A stretch of 64,000 nucleotides of DNA from Akkermansia sp. GTDB taxonomy: Bacteria > Verrucomicrobiota > Verrucomicrobiia > Verrucomicrobiales > Akkermansiaceae. Location of the stretch: positions 64,961-128,960 of the forward strand of contig JAFVIC010000003.1 of NCBI GenBank assembly GCA_017477935.1, written 5' to 3'. Positions 51,963 to 61,215 of this stretch are shown here, in pieces (position 1 is the first letter of the stretch; every line of letters begins with the position of its first letter). The notes beneath the pieces were generated by a model. It ran no database searches. It was not told the origin of the DNA and saw only the letters and a program-made list of their open reading frames with translations. The translations under genes were made by a program, and so were the position numbers.

Positions 51963-53021
51963 ATGATAACTGACCACCAGTCACTGACCGAATGGAAGAT
52001 TCGCGCGATGGCACAGCCCCGAGGGCGCACCGTGCTGGATCTGGAGGCCGACAGCATGCACCGCCACCACGAGAAGCTCTGTCTCATTCAATATGCAGAC
52101 GAAGAAGGGGTGACCATCATCGACCCTCTCGCTATCGAAGATTTGCGACTCTTCGCCATCTGGATGGAAGAGGCCGATGTCTGGATGCACGGCGCCGACT
52201 ACGACATGAACCTGCTGCAGACAGCCTTCGGGACCCTGCCCCACCTCATTCTCGACACTCAAATAGCCGCGCGCCTGCTGGGGTTCCGCCAGTTCGGCCT
52301 CGCCGCCTTGGTAGAGCACTTCTTCAACGTAACACTCAGCAAGAAAAACCAGAAAGCTGACTGGGGGCTGCGCCCCATGAGCGATGAAATGAAAGAGTAC
52401 GCCCAGGGCGATGTGAAGTACATGCTCGCTATGGCTGACATACTTGTGGAGCGACTGAAAAAAGCCGGGCGTTACGACTGGTTTATCGAGAGTTGTGAGC
52501 TGCAGATGAAAAAAGGCCGTGAGCGTCACCAGGCCGGTAGTGTTGACCCCTGGCGTATCAAGGGCAGCGGCAACCTCGAAGCCCGCGGTCTGGCCGCCCT
52601 GCGCGAACTGTGGAACTGGCGTAACGATGAGGCCGCCCTGTGGGACCGCCCGGCCTTCATGGTATGCTCGAATGATGAGCTTACACGCTGGAGCTACGCC
52701 CTGCAGGAGTTCCGCAGTGTTTACCCACCGCACCATTTCCATGCCCACCGCGCTGCAAGATTCCGCAAAGCAGTGGAGCGTTTCCAGCTACTCGACGAGA
52801 GCGACTACCCCCAGCCGCCCAAGCGCACCCGCCACGAAACCGACCCCGAGTTCGATGAGCGCCTGGAGCACTGGCAGAAACGCCGCAACACCATCGCCGA
52901 AACCCTCGGCATGGAACCCTGCATCATCGCCACGCGCAGCCAGCTTGAATCCATCGCCGCAGACTACGAGCACGGCATGGCCAAACTCATGAACTGGCAG
53001 CGCCGACTACTGCAAAACTGA
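51963..53021 (+). CDS. rnd: Ribonuclease D (3'-5' exonuclease + HRDC)
   Basis: LDLEAD.MH....KLCLIQ, HGADYD, LDTQIAARLLG, GLAALVE....LSK..QKADW..RP, YAQGDV. HRDC LRELW.WR..EA...DRP. Start is 51963 or 51942. Confidence 0.92.
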   Translation: MITDHQSLTEWKIRAMAQPRGRTVLDLEADSMHRHHEKLCLIQYADEEGVTIIDPLAIEDLRLFAIWMEEADVWMHGADYDMNLLQTAFGTLPHLILDTQIAARLLGFRQFGLAALVEHFFNVTLSKKNQKADWGLRPMSDEMKEYAQGDVKYMLAMADILVERLKKAGRYDWFIESCELQMKKGRERHQAGSVDPWRIKGSGNLEARGLAALRELWNWRNDEAALWDRPAFMVCSNDELTRWSYALQEFRSVYPPHHFHAHRAARFRKAVERFQLLDESDYPQPPKRTRHETDPEFDERLEHWQKRRNTIAETLGMEPCIIATRSQLESIAADYEHGMAKLMNWQRRLLQN

Positions 53022-53191
53022 GCCGCCCCGCGGCAATACCGGCACATTCGCTGCCCGGCGGAATCATAAATCCGTTTTTTTCCCACCCTGACCCGTTTTT
53101 AACTTGCCACGGGACGAGGTTGGGGGTAGAATAGAGTCAGAGAATAGGGGGAGTGTCTTCCGCGCGCCCCCGCAACATTCTATACAATACC

Positions 53192-54334
53192 ATGAAAACG
53201 CTCATTACCAATGCACGTATCATCTCCCCCGGCGTAGATATCGCGGGTGGTTCCGTACTTATCGACGGCACAAAGATTGCCGCCGTACTCATGCCCGGCG
53301 AAACGGCCGAGGCCGACAAGACGATTGATGCCAAGGGCGCCATGCTGATGCCGGGCTTTATCGACATCCACTCCCACGGTGCCGGCGGTTGCGACACCTG
53401 CGATTGCAAGGTAGAGAGCATTCGCACCATCGCTGACTGCAAGATGAAGGAAGGCGTGACCACCTGGCTGCCCACCACTCTGACCCTGGGCACCAACACC
53501 CTGGCCGATGTCTGCCGCGTGGTGAAAGAATATGCAGCCAATCCGAACGGCTCGAAGACCCCCGGCGTGCACCTCGAAGGGCCCTACATCAACCCCAAAC
53601 AGTGCGGCGCCCAGAACCCCGCCTTCGTGCGTCCCGCCGACTTTGAAGAGGTTAGCATGCTCAACGACATCTACCCCGTGCTTTACATCTCGATGGCACC
53701 CGAAATGCCCGGAGCCGTTGACTTCATCGCCAAAGCCAGCGCCATCGGCATCACCTGCTCGGCCGGTCACTCCGCCGCCAGCTATGCCGACTTCAAGAAA
53801 GCCAAGGCTGCCGGCCTGAAGCACCTCACCCACTTCTGCAACCAGATGAGCCCCCAGCACCACCGCGAAATCGGCCTTGTGGGTTCCGGCATGCTTGATA
53901 AAGACATCAAGATTGAAATCATCTGCGACAAGATTCACCTGTGCGAAGACATGCTTAACCTGACCTTCACCAACAAGGACATCTCGCAGATGATTATGAT
54001 TACCGACTCTCTCGCCTGCTCCTGGATGCCCGATGGCCCCGGCCAGCTGGGTGGCCTGCCCATCATTGTGAAGGGCGGCGTGGCTCGCCTGGAGAGCGGC
54101 AACCTGGCCGGCTCCACCCTGCGTTTTGCCAAGGGGCTGAAGAATGTGCAGGAAATCACCGGCAAACCCCTCAGCGAGCTGGTGAAGGCCACCTCGTGGA
54201 ACGCCGCCCAGTCTCTCGGCCTGTATGACTTGGGCAAGGTCGCTCCGGGTTACACCGCTGACCTGGTACTGCTCGATTCCGAGTACGACACCGTGATGAC
54301 CATCATCGACGGCGAGGTTCGCTACACAGCCTAA
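53192..54334 (+). CDS. nagA: N-acetylglucosamine-6-phosphate deacetylase
   Basis: PGFIDIHSHG, GVHLEGPY, GHSAA, THFCNQMS, D.IH, LITDS, LAGSTL, G...PG..ADLV. Confidence 0.95.
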   Translation: MKTLITNARIISPGVDIAGGSVLIDGTKIAAVLMPGETAEADKTIDAKGAMLMPGFIDIHSHGAGGCDTCDCKVESIRTIADCKMKEGVTTWLPTTLTLGTNTLADVCRVVKEYAANPNGSKTPGVHLEGPYINPKQCGAQNPAFVRPADFEEVSMLNDIYPVLYISMAPEMPGAVDFIAKASAIGITCSAGHSAASYADFKKAKAAGLKHLTHFCNQMSPQHHREIGLVGSGMLDKDIKIEIICDKIHLCEDMLNLTFTNKDISQMIMITDSLACSWMPDGPGQLGGLPIIVKGGVARLESGNLAGSTLRFAKGLKNVQEITGKPLSELVKATSWNAAQSLGLYDLGKVAPGYTADLVLLDSEYDTVMTIIDGEVRYTA

Positions 54335-54341
54335 ACCGCCA

Positions 54342-54374
54342 AAATCCCCCGGCTGCCGGGCAGCCGGGGGATTT
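54342..54374. terminator. Palindromic hairpin after nagA
   Basis: AAATCCCCCGGCTGCC-G-GGCAGCCGGGGGATTT. Confidence 0.7.
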
Positions 54375-54412
54375 ACCCGCATCTCGTAAATTACCGCCCA
54401 CTCACTGCTGCC

Positions 54413-55171
54413 ATGCTCATCTCCCCCTTAGCTGCCAGATTATGCGCTGCCCGAGGAATTTCCCCCGCCACTCTGCGAGGCTCCGGCCCCCGGGGGCGAA
54501 TCATGGCGGCGGATGTACTCTCAGCCGGCACTGCCCCACAACGCCGAGGCGGCACCACCCTGGCAGATGCCGCTATCCCCCCCACGCGGGGGCAAAAAGA
54601 CGGCTATTACATTTATGACGATGAGGTGGACATGAGCGCGCTGGTAGCCATCAGCATGCCCATAGCCGTGCAGTGTGAAAAACTGCTTGAAAACCGCTAC
54701 TCTCTCTTCGATTACATCATCCGCGCAGTTGTAAAGGCCTGCGCCACCTGCCCCTCATGGCAGGAACTTTCGGGCAAAATTGACGTTATGCTCTTTGAAC
54801 ACAAGGGCAGCCAGGTCACAGCCATTGAAGACGCCGGCAACAAGAGCATTTACCGCCTGGCCAAAGAAACCGCCAACCCACAGCCCGTACCGAACAACTT
54901 TGCCCCTCATATCGTGGTGTGCGACGCTCACACCACCCGAGAACAGGTTGCAAACCATCTCATCAACGGCAAGCGACCGGGCTTTGCCATGCTTGCCCGC
55001 GGCAGCCGCGAAAAAGACGGCATACGAGCCGGCGGAGACGAGAAATACAAAAACACCCTCGCCTACACATTTTACGCCGCCTCAACCCTACCTGAACAGG
55101 AGGCCAACCGTATAGCAGCCACCCTTCGTGCCCTGCTTTACAACCCGGTGCGGCTGCTTTTACTCTCTTAA
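54413..55171 (+). CDS. E3-binding (PSBD) domain + degenerate 2-oxoacid dehydrogenase E2 core, no lipoyl domain
   Basis: ISPLAARL....GI....L.GSGPRGRI.AADV (PSBD). EVDMSAL, S..DYIIRAVVKA and the terminal LRALLYNPVRLL are E2-core-like, but DHRxxDG is replaced by YAASTLPE. Confidence 0.75.
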   Translation: MLISPLAARLCAARGISPATLRGSGPRGRIMAADVLSAGTAPQRRGGTTLADAAIPPTRGQKDGYYIYDDEVDMSALVAISMPIAVQCEKLLENRYSLFDYIIRAVVKACATCPSWQELSGKIDVMLFEHKGSQVTAIEDAGNKSIYRLAKETANPQPVPNNFAPHIVVCDAHTTREQVANHLINGKRPGFAMLARGSREKDGIRAGGDEKYKNTLAYTFYAASTLPEQEANRIAATLRALLYNPVRLLLLS

Positions 55172-55280
55172 CAAAACCGCTTTTTTACCGAAAGTCGGCA
55201 AAAACAGCGGAATCTCATTGACTTCGCCTGCCGATTGCGGCATAATATACACATCAACAAACGCACATAAACTTACACCC

Positions 55281-56099
55281 ATGTCCTTCAATATCCAGAA
55301 CGTAGAAATCGGCGGCAAGGCTCCCTTCTATCTGCTCGGGCCCTGCTCTCTCGAGAATGAAGAATTTGCCTGGCAGATGGCTCGCAGCATCAAAGAAATC
55401 TGCACCCGCCTGGGCGTACCGTTTATCTTCAAAGCCTCGTACGATAAAGCCAACCGCACCAACGTGAAGAGCTTCCGCGGTCTGGGTATCGTTGAAGGCT
55501 GCCGCATTCTTTCCGAAATCGGCAAAGAACTGCAAATCCCCGTGGTAACGGACGTACACACGGAAGAACAGGCCGAGTACGCTGCTCAGTATGTTGACCT
55601 GCTGCAGATTCCCGCTTTCCTGTGCCGCCAAAGCGACCTGCTCGAAGCCTGCGCCAAGACCGGCCGCCCCGTCAACATCAAGAAAGGCCAGTTCCTTGCC
55701 CCCTGGGACTGCAAGAACATCTGCGAGAAGATGCAGGCCTTCGGTTGCGACCAATACATGCTCTGCGAGCGCGGAACCAGCTTCGGCTACAACAACCTGG
55801 TGGTAGATATGCGCGGCCTGTATTGGATGCGCCAGTTCGGCTGCCCCGTTGTATTCGACGCCACGCACTCTGTACAGCGCCCGGGCGGTCTGGGCGGCTC
55901 GACCGGCGGCGATCGCGACCTAGCTCCGGTACTGGCCAATGCTGCCATGGCGGTCGGCATTGACGGCGTGTTCATGGAGGTACACAGCGACCCCGACAAC
56001 GCCATGTCTGACGGCCCCAATCAGGTGCGACTGGACGACCTTGAGCGCATACTCACCAACATGCAGCTCGTACGCGGAGCATACGACCGGATGTCCTGA
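55281..56099 (+). CDS. kdsA: 3-deoxy-8-phosphooctulonate (KDO8P) synthase
   Basis: GPCSLE, FKASYDKANRT, QIPAFLCRQSDL, NIKKGQF, ERGTSFGYNNLVVDMR, FDATHSVQRPGG. Confidence 0.97.
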   Translation: MSFNIQNVEIGGKAPFYLLGPCSLENEEFAWQMARSIKEICTRLGVPFIFKASYDKANRTNVKSFRGLGIVEGCRILSEIGKELQIPVVTDVHTEEQAEYAAQYVDLLQIPAFLCRQSDLLEACAKTGRPVNIKKGQFLAPWDCKNICEKMQAFGCDQYMLCERGTSFGYNNLVVDMRGLYWMRQFGCPVVFDATHSVQRPGGLGGSTGGDRDLAPVLANAAMAVGIDGVFMEVHSDPDNAMSDGPNQVRLDDLERILTNMQLVRGAYDRMS

Positions 56100-56575
56100 T
56101 GAAGCACCACTTGCTCACCCTTTGCGCACTGGCAGCCCTTGCCCCCGCAGCTGTGGGGCAAGAGCTGCAGGATACTGTCAGCCAACATGAGTTCCCGGGG
56201 CTGCAACTGCTGCCGGCCGGCAGCAAAATCAGCGGAATTTCCCTGACACGCTACGAGCAGCACCGCGTCTCAGCGCTTCTCATATCCAAGCTTATGGAGA
56301 TAGCGACTCGTTCTGAGGTGTACTTCACCGGTATACGAGCGAATCTCTATGCTGCAAACGGTGAGACAACCACCATCACCTGCCCCGAGGCAGAGTACAG
56401 CTTCCGCACTTCCGTAGTTCAATCAGAGGAAATAACCGAGGTAGACAGCGAGCGATTCTCGGCAAGTGGCAAGGGGGTCATTTTCAGCACAGCCAACAAC
56501 AAGGGTTTCCTCAAAGGGGCGGTGCGAACCACTGTTAAGAATTCAGCCTTCAACAAAGAGACCAGCGAAAAATGA
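56099..56575 (+). CDS. Probable LptC-like LPS export protein
   Basis: Position between kdsA and lptA/lptB, translationally coupled. Beta-jellyroll-like pattern (I.CP.A.Y, SGKG..F). Confidence 0.55.
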   Translation: MKHHLLTLCALAALAPAAVGQELQDTVSQHEFPGLQLLPAGSKISGISLTRYEQHRVSALLISKLMEIATRSEVYFTGIRANLYAANGETTTITCPEAEYSFRTSVVQSEEITEVDSERFSASGKGVIFSTANNKGFLKGAVRTTVKNSAFNKETSEK

Positions 56576-58896
56576 AGCCGCTGCCAGCCGTTCTTTTTCT
56601 GCTCAGTGCCATGCTGAGCGCCGGAGCCGACAGACTGTCGGAAATTCAACAGGCCATAACAGAGCAAGAGTCCACACTGAACCAACTTCAATCCGCACGG
56701 AAAGCGGCGGATGAGGATCTCATTGCGCTTGTAGGCGAACTGCCCCCTCCTCCGACCGAAAGAGATGAAAGCATGCCGGAGCGTAACGGTAACGAAACAG
56801 TTGCCGTGGCAGACAGCGGCATGATGTTCGATGCGAACAACTACCGGGTGGTCTATATACACAACGTACGTGTAGCCGACCCGCGCATGGAACTTCGTTG
56901 CGCCGACCGCCTGTTCATACATTTCCCTAAAAAAACCGCCGACTCCGGCAAGAGCGCAGCCAAAAACACGGCAACAACAGGTCTCAACAAAGATAAACCT
57001 GCACGACCGGAACAGCAAAAGCAACAACCGGCAGCCACGACTGAAGCCCCCCCTGCCACAGCGACAGCACCTACTCCGCCGTCAGTCATCCGGGTTAATA
57101 CCACCACAACCATGGTGAATGCGGTCAGCAACCTCATTTACCTGGAAGGCACAGCCGAAGCCGGAAACACCGTGACCCTGAGTCGAGAGCAGGATGAGCT
57201 GAAACTCACTTCGACAGCGGAACAGGCCGCTGCCCTGCTGGCTGCCCCTAATGGTAACCTGCTTATCAAATCAGGCCAAATTGACCTGAAATGGACTGAC
57301 AGTCGCGGCAAGCCCTGCACCCTGCACAATGAACAAGGTACTGCTTTCTACCAGTCCGACACTCAGGAACTGCATTTCCTCGGCCACACGGAGGCACATA
57401 CCGCCGAAGGCAGCATACGCAGCGAAAAACTGCTCACCCTCAAACTGATAGTAAAAGAAAGCGGTAAAACCAGCAGCTTCATGCCCCGGTTCACCGATAT
57501 TCGCATTGAGGGTGTGGAATCAGCAACAGCGGAAGGGCAGGTTCACCTTACCCGCCCCGCAACTGATAGTGCACCGGCCTCGACCGTAAGCGGCGAGCAC
57601 CTGACCTACAACAGCAAAACAGGTACCGTTACCGTCAGCGGCCCCCAGACCACCCTTACCTACGGCGAGCAGAAACTCAGTACCGATGGCTCTCTGCACT
57701 TGGCTGAAAATGGCGATATTACCCTGCGGGGAGATACCATTAACGGCGTGTACCAGCGCCCGGCCGGAGAAAAGGGAGCGCCCCCGATTGCAGGTACATT
57801 CAGCACCTCCGGCAACATCACCTTCACGGCTGCCACGCACACCATCTCCATGCCCAACGGCATTAAGGCGCAAGATTCGCTCAGCCACATTACCGCTCTC
57901 GGGCAGGTGGATATCGTCTTGCAGCCGGATCCGCAGGCCAAAGCGCCCGAGCGCAGCAAAACCGGCATGCTGAACCTGGCCATCGCGCAGCACAAGGATA
58001 TAGCAGCCATACGCGCCACAGGCGGGGTTGACCTGCAGTACCGCGACAACACGCAGGAGGAAGGGCTCACCATCGTGGCAGATGACGCTGACCTGAACTT
58101 CCTGACTGCTGAAGCAACCTTCACCGCAGCAGCAGGCAAAACCAACAATCTGAAATACAACGGCTACCACATTTCCGCAATATCAGACGCCGCCATCTCG
58201 ACCCTGTACCTGGCTCCGAACGGCGACCTGACCCTGACCGGTGACAAGGTAGCAGCCACCCTGCCCGACAAAGACAAAACCACACAGGTTAACTGCACCG
58301 AAAGCCTGACACTGGCACGCGAAAGCGGCGTGCTGACCCTGGGGCCGAAATCGAAAGTTCACGCCGCTGAAGGCATACTGACGGCGAAGGGCAAACTGCA
58401 CCTGCAACTCTACCCCGGCCCGGCCGAAAAGAACCGCCCGGCCATGAAGCGCTACCCGCACCTCGTGTTCAACTATGCCGGTCTGAAACAGGCTGACACT
58501 GAGAACGGCGGCACTCTGCAGGCCAAGCAAGGCTCCATGCAGTGCAGCGGGCCCATACATGTGGAAATGTTGCCGGAAAATAAAACGGATAAACCCATGG
58601 GGGCCATCCGCAGGGCAACCGCTCGTGGCAATGTGGCCCTGGCCGGAAAAGACAACAAGGGACGCCTGATGCGCGCAACGGGTGACCTGCTCACCATTGA
58701 TGGCAAGACCGGTACCAAGGTACTCTCCGGCGACCGTGTAACCCTGCAGGATGTCAACAACACCCACATAGCCTCCGGCGGCGGTGCCAAAGTAGTGCTT
58801 GACAGCCGGAATAACGTTCGAATCAGTGGAGCCAAACAGAGCACCACGGCCACCAAACTCAACGAGCAGATTGATAAAAATCAAGACAAAAAATAA
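56572..58896 (+). CDS. Very large LptA/OstA-like periplasmic beta-jellyroll protein
   Basis: Signal peptide. Repeated OstA-like strands (VYIHNVRV.DPRMEL.CAD.L; ATAEGQV; IRATGGV; ATARGNV; RATGD.LT.DG). Directly upstream of lptB. Confidence 0.65.
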   Translation: MKPLPAVLFLLSAMLSAGADRLSEIQQAITEQESTLNQLQSARKAADEDLIALVGELPPPPTERDESMPERNGNETVAVADSGMMFDANNYRVVYIHNVRVADPRMELRCADRLFIHFPKKTADSGKSAAKNTATTGLNKDKPARPEQQKQQPAATTEAPPATATAPTPPSVIRVNTTTTMVNAVSNLIYLEGTAEAGNTVTLSREQDELKLTSTAEQAAALLAAPNGNLLIKSGQIDLKWTDSRGKPCTLHNEQGTAFYQSDTQELHFLGHTEAHTAEGSIRSEKLLTLKLIVKESGKTSSFMPRFTDIRIEGVESATAEGQVHLTRPATDSAPASTVSGEHLTYNSKTGTVTVSGPQTTLTYGEQKLSTDGSLHLAENGDITLRGDTINGVYQRPAGEKGAPPIAGTFSTSGNITFTAATHTISMPNGIKAQDSLSHITALGQVDIVLQPDPQAKAPERSKTGMLNLAIAQHKDIAAIRATGGVDLQYRDNTQEEGLTIVADDADLNFLTAEATFTAAAGKTNNLKYNGYHISAISDAAISTLYLAPNGDLTLTGDKVAATLPDKDKTTQVNCTESLTLARESGVLTLGPKSKVHAAEGILTAKGKLHLQLYPGPAEKNRPAMKRYPHLVFNYAGLKQADTENGGTLQAKQGSMQCSGPIHVEMLPENKTDKPMGAIRRATARGNVALAGKDNKGRLMRATGDLLTIDGKTGTKVLSGDRVTLQDVNNTHIASGGGAKVVLDSRNNVRISGAKQSTTATKLNEQIDKNQDKK

Positions 58897-58904
58897 AGAC
58901 TTCT

Positions 58905-59642
58905 ATGGACAGCGAGATTCTATTAAAAGCTAACGGTCTGTGCAAATCCTACAATGAGCGCATGGTCGCCAACCATGTGAGCCTGGAGGTGCGGGCCGGC
59001 GAAATCGTTGGCCTGCTGGGGCCGAACGGTGCCGGCAAGACCACCTCGTTCTACATGGTTGCCGGCTTGGTGCGCCCCGATGAAGGCAGCGTGATGTTTG
59101 CCGGGCAAGATGTCTCCGGCCTGCCCATGCACATGCGTGCCCGCCTGGGCATGGGTTACCTGCCGCAGGAAGAATCCATCTTCCGCAAGCTCTCCGTCAT
59201 CGAAAACCTGATGGCCATTCTTGAGACTCGTAAAGACCTTACGTCCAAGCAGCAGAAAGCAAAGGCCGATGAACTGCTCGAGCGTTTCAACATCACCAAG
59301 CTGCGCAACAGCCAGGCTATTCAGCTCTCCGGTGGTGAAAAACGCCGCCTGACCATCGCCCGAGCTCTGGCGAGCAATCCCACCCTGCTCATGCTTGACG
59401 AACCCTTCGCCGGTGTGGACCCCATCGCCGTGCAGGATATTCAGCACATCGTGGCCTCCCTCCGCGAGACGGACGGTCTCTCCATCCTCATCACCGACCA
59501 CAACGTCCGTGAAACCCTCGGCATCGTTGACCGCGGCTACATCCTCTTCGAAGGCAAGGTTATCAAGCAAGGTTCTGCTGAAGAAATCGCCAAAGACCCC
59601 AAAACCCGAAAAATCTACCTCGGCGAACACTTCAAGATGTAA
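58905..59642 (+). CDS. lptB: LPS export ABC transporter ATP-binding protein
   Basis: GLLGPNGAGKTT.FYM, GMGYLPQE.SIFRKL, LSGGEKRR, LDEPFAGVDPIAV, ITDHNVRETL, YLGE.F. Confidence 0.96.
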   Translation: MDSEILLKANGLCKSYNERMVANHVSLEVRAGEIVGLLGPNGAGKTTSFYMVAGLVRPDEGSVMFAGQDVSGLPMHMRARLGMGYLPQEESIFRKLSVIENLMAILETRKDLTSKQQKAKADELLERFNITKLRNSQAIQLSGGEKRRLTIARALASNPTLLMLDEPFAGVDPIAVQDIQHIVASLRETDGLSILITDHNVRETLGIVDRGYILFEGKVIKQGSAEEIAKDPKTRKIYLGEHFKM

Positions 59643-59671
59643 CTCCATCAGCCCGCCCAAGACGATTTTCC

Positions 59672-59706
59672 CGGCAGTGCGTACCTCTTGCGCACTGCTT
59701 TTTTTA
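59672..59706 (+). terminator. Intrinsic terminator of kdsA-lptB
   Basis: GCAGTGCG-TACCTCTTG-CGCACTGC followed by TTTTTTT. Confidence 0.75.
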
Positions 59707-59836
59707 GCCAAATAGCCCCAAATCTTCCCGAAAATACATTTTAGAATCATTTTAAACTTGATTTTTCAGAAAAAGCGTGCTATATTACGGAAAGCCGCCG
59801 GAAGAAGGCGGGAAACATACACGACAACACACGAAG

Positions 59837-60376
59837 ATGAAAGATCTGAAAGGCACAAAGACGGAGGCCAACCTGGCGGCAGCCTTTGCCGGAGAGTCAC
59901 AGGCCCACACGAAGTATCTGTACTATGCATCCCGCGCGAAAAAGGATGGTTATGTGCAGATTGCCAAGATTTTCGAAGAAACGGCCCACAACGAGAAAGA
60001 GCACGCCAAGCTGTGGTTCAAGTACCTGCACGGCGGCATGCCCGACACCATGGCCAACCTGGCCGATGCAGCTGCCGGCGAAAACTATGAGTGGACCGAC
60101 ATGTACAAGAAGTTCGCGGCCGAGGCTCGCGAGGAAGGCTTCGACGAAATCGCCGAAAAGATGGAGGGCGTAGCCGTCATCGAGAGCCAGCACGAGGAGC
60201 GCTATCGCAAGCTACTGGCCAACATTGAAGAAGGTATCGTATTCTCCCGCGAGGGTGACACCATCTGGCAGTGCGCCAACTGCGGTCACATCTGCATTGG
60301 CAAGAAAGCCCCCGAGGTGTGCCCTGTGTGTGACCACCCGCAGGCTCACTTTGCCATTCTGGCACAGAATTACTAA
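59837..60376 (+). CDS. rbr: Rubrerythrin
   Basis: [29 protein letters not shown]...MY, E..HEERY, C-terminal CANCGH...CPVC.HP. Confidence 0.96.
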   Translation: MKDLKGTKTEANLAAAFAGESQAHTKYLYYASRAKKDGYVQIAKIFEETAHNEKEHAKLWFKYLHGGMPDTMANLADAAAGENYEWTDMYKKFAAEAREEGFDEIAEKMEGVAVIESQHEERYRKLLANIEEGIVFSREGDTIWQCANCGHICIGKKAPEVCPVCDHPQAHFAILAQNY

Positions 60377-60444
60377 TCCCCCCCCCTCCCATTCAACACG
60401 GCGCACAGGTTAGCCCCTGTGCGCTTTTACCATACACCACGCAC

Positions 60445-61215
60445 ATGTTCTGGAAAGCAAACAAGGGAGCAGCCATTGTGCTGCTGATAGGTATGCTTGC
60501 GGCGTTTGCCGCCTACTTCATCATCGGCAGCGGGTCACAGGGCGATATAGACCTGGCGAAAAAAGTGCTCTCCACAGCCATTTGCGTGGTGTTATTTACA
60601 GCGGCGCTTCTGTCGTTCATCCAAGCGAAAACCGGTCCCTCTCTGGAGATTGTGGAAGAACTGACCGAGCAGCACTTCGAACAGATGGCCGCCCTCGAAG
60701 CGCAATACTACGGAGCAGACTGCATCACCCCACCGGCGGAGGCCTACCGCTGGTACAAGCGCTACCCTGCCACCACCATAGCCGCCGCCATCGGTGGGCA
60801 GGTTGTGGCCTTTGTCAACCTGTTTCCCGTTAAAGAAAGCATCTATACTGCCCTGCGCGAGGGTAAGTTCAATGACCATACCCTCACCCTCGATGGTCTG
60901 GCCGACCCCTTTGACGGCTCAGATGAGCCCCTGCACATGTTCCTGTGCTGCGTGCTCACCGAGCCGGCCTACCGCCGCCTGGGACTCACACGCCACCTGC
61001 TCGCCCTGGCTGTGGAGCAATACGAACCGGTACAGCAGCGCTGCCGCCGTATCATCACCGACAACGTAACTCCCGCCGGGGCCGAGTTCTCCCGCCGCTA
61101 CGGCTTTGAGCAGGTACAGCTCAGCGGGCACGATTCGCTCATCTTTGAGCAGGACTACGCCGACTTCGTCGCGCACGTGTCCGGCACACAGCAGGCCGAA
61201 CCGACAGAGCGCTAA
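60445..61215 (+). CDS. Membrane-anchored GNAT-family acetyltransferase
   Basis: Two N-terminal TM helices. Acetyl-CoA motif P.YRRLGL and 'G..F.RRYGF'. Confidence 0.7.
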   Translation: MFWKANKGAAIVLLIGMLAAFAAYFIIGSGSQGDIDLAKKVLSTAICVVLFTAALLSFIQAKTGPSLEIVEELTEQHFEQMAALEAQYYGADCITPPAEAYRWYKRYPATTIAAAIGGQVVAFVNLFPVKESIYTALREGKFNDHTLTLDGLADPFDGSDEPLHMFLCCVLTEPAYRRLGLTRHLLALAVEQYEPVQQRCRRIITDNVTPAGAEFSRRYGFEQVQLSGHDSLIFEQDYADFVAHVSGTQQAEPTER

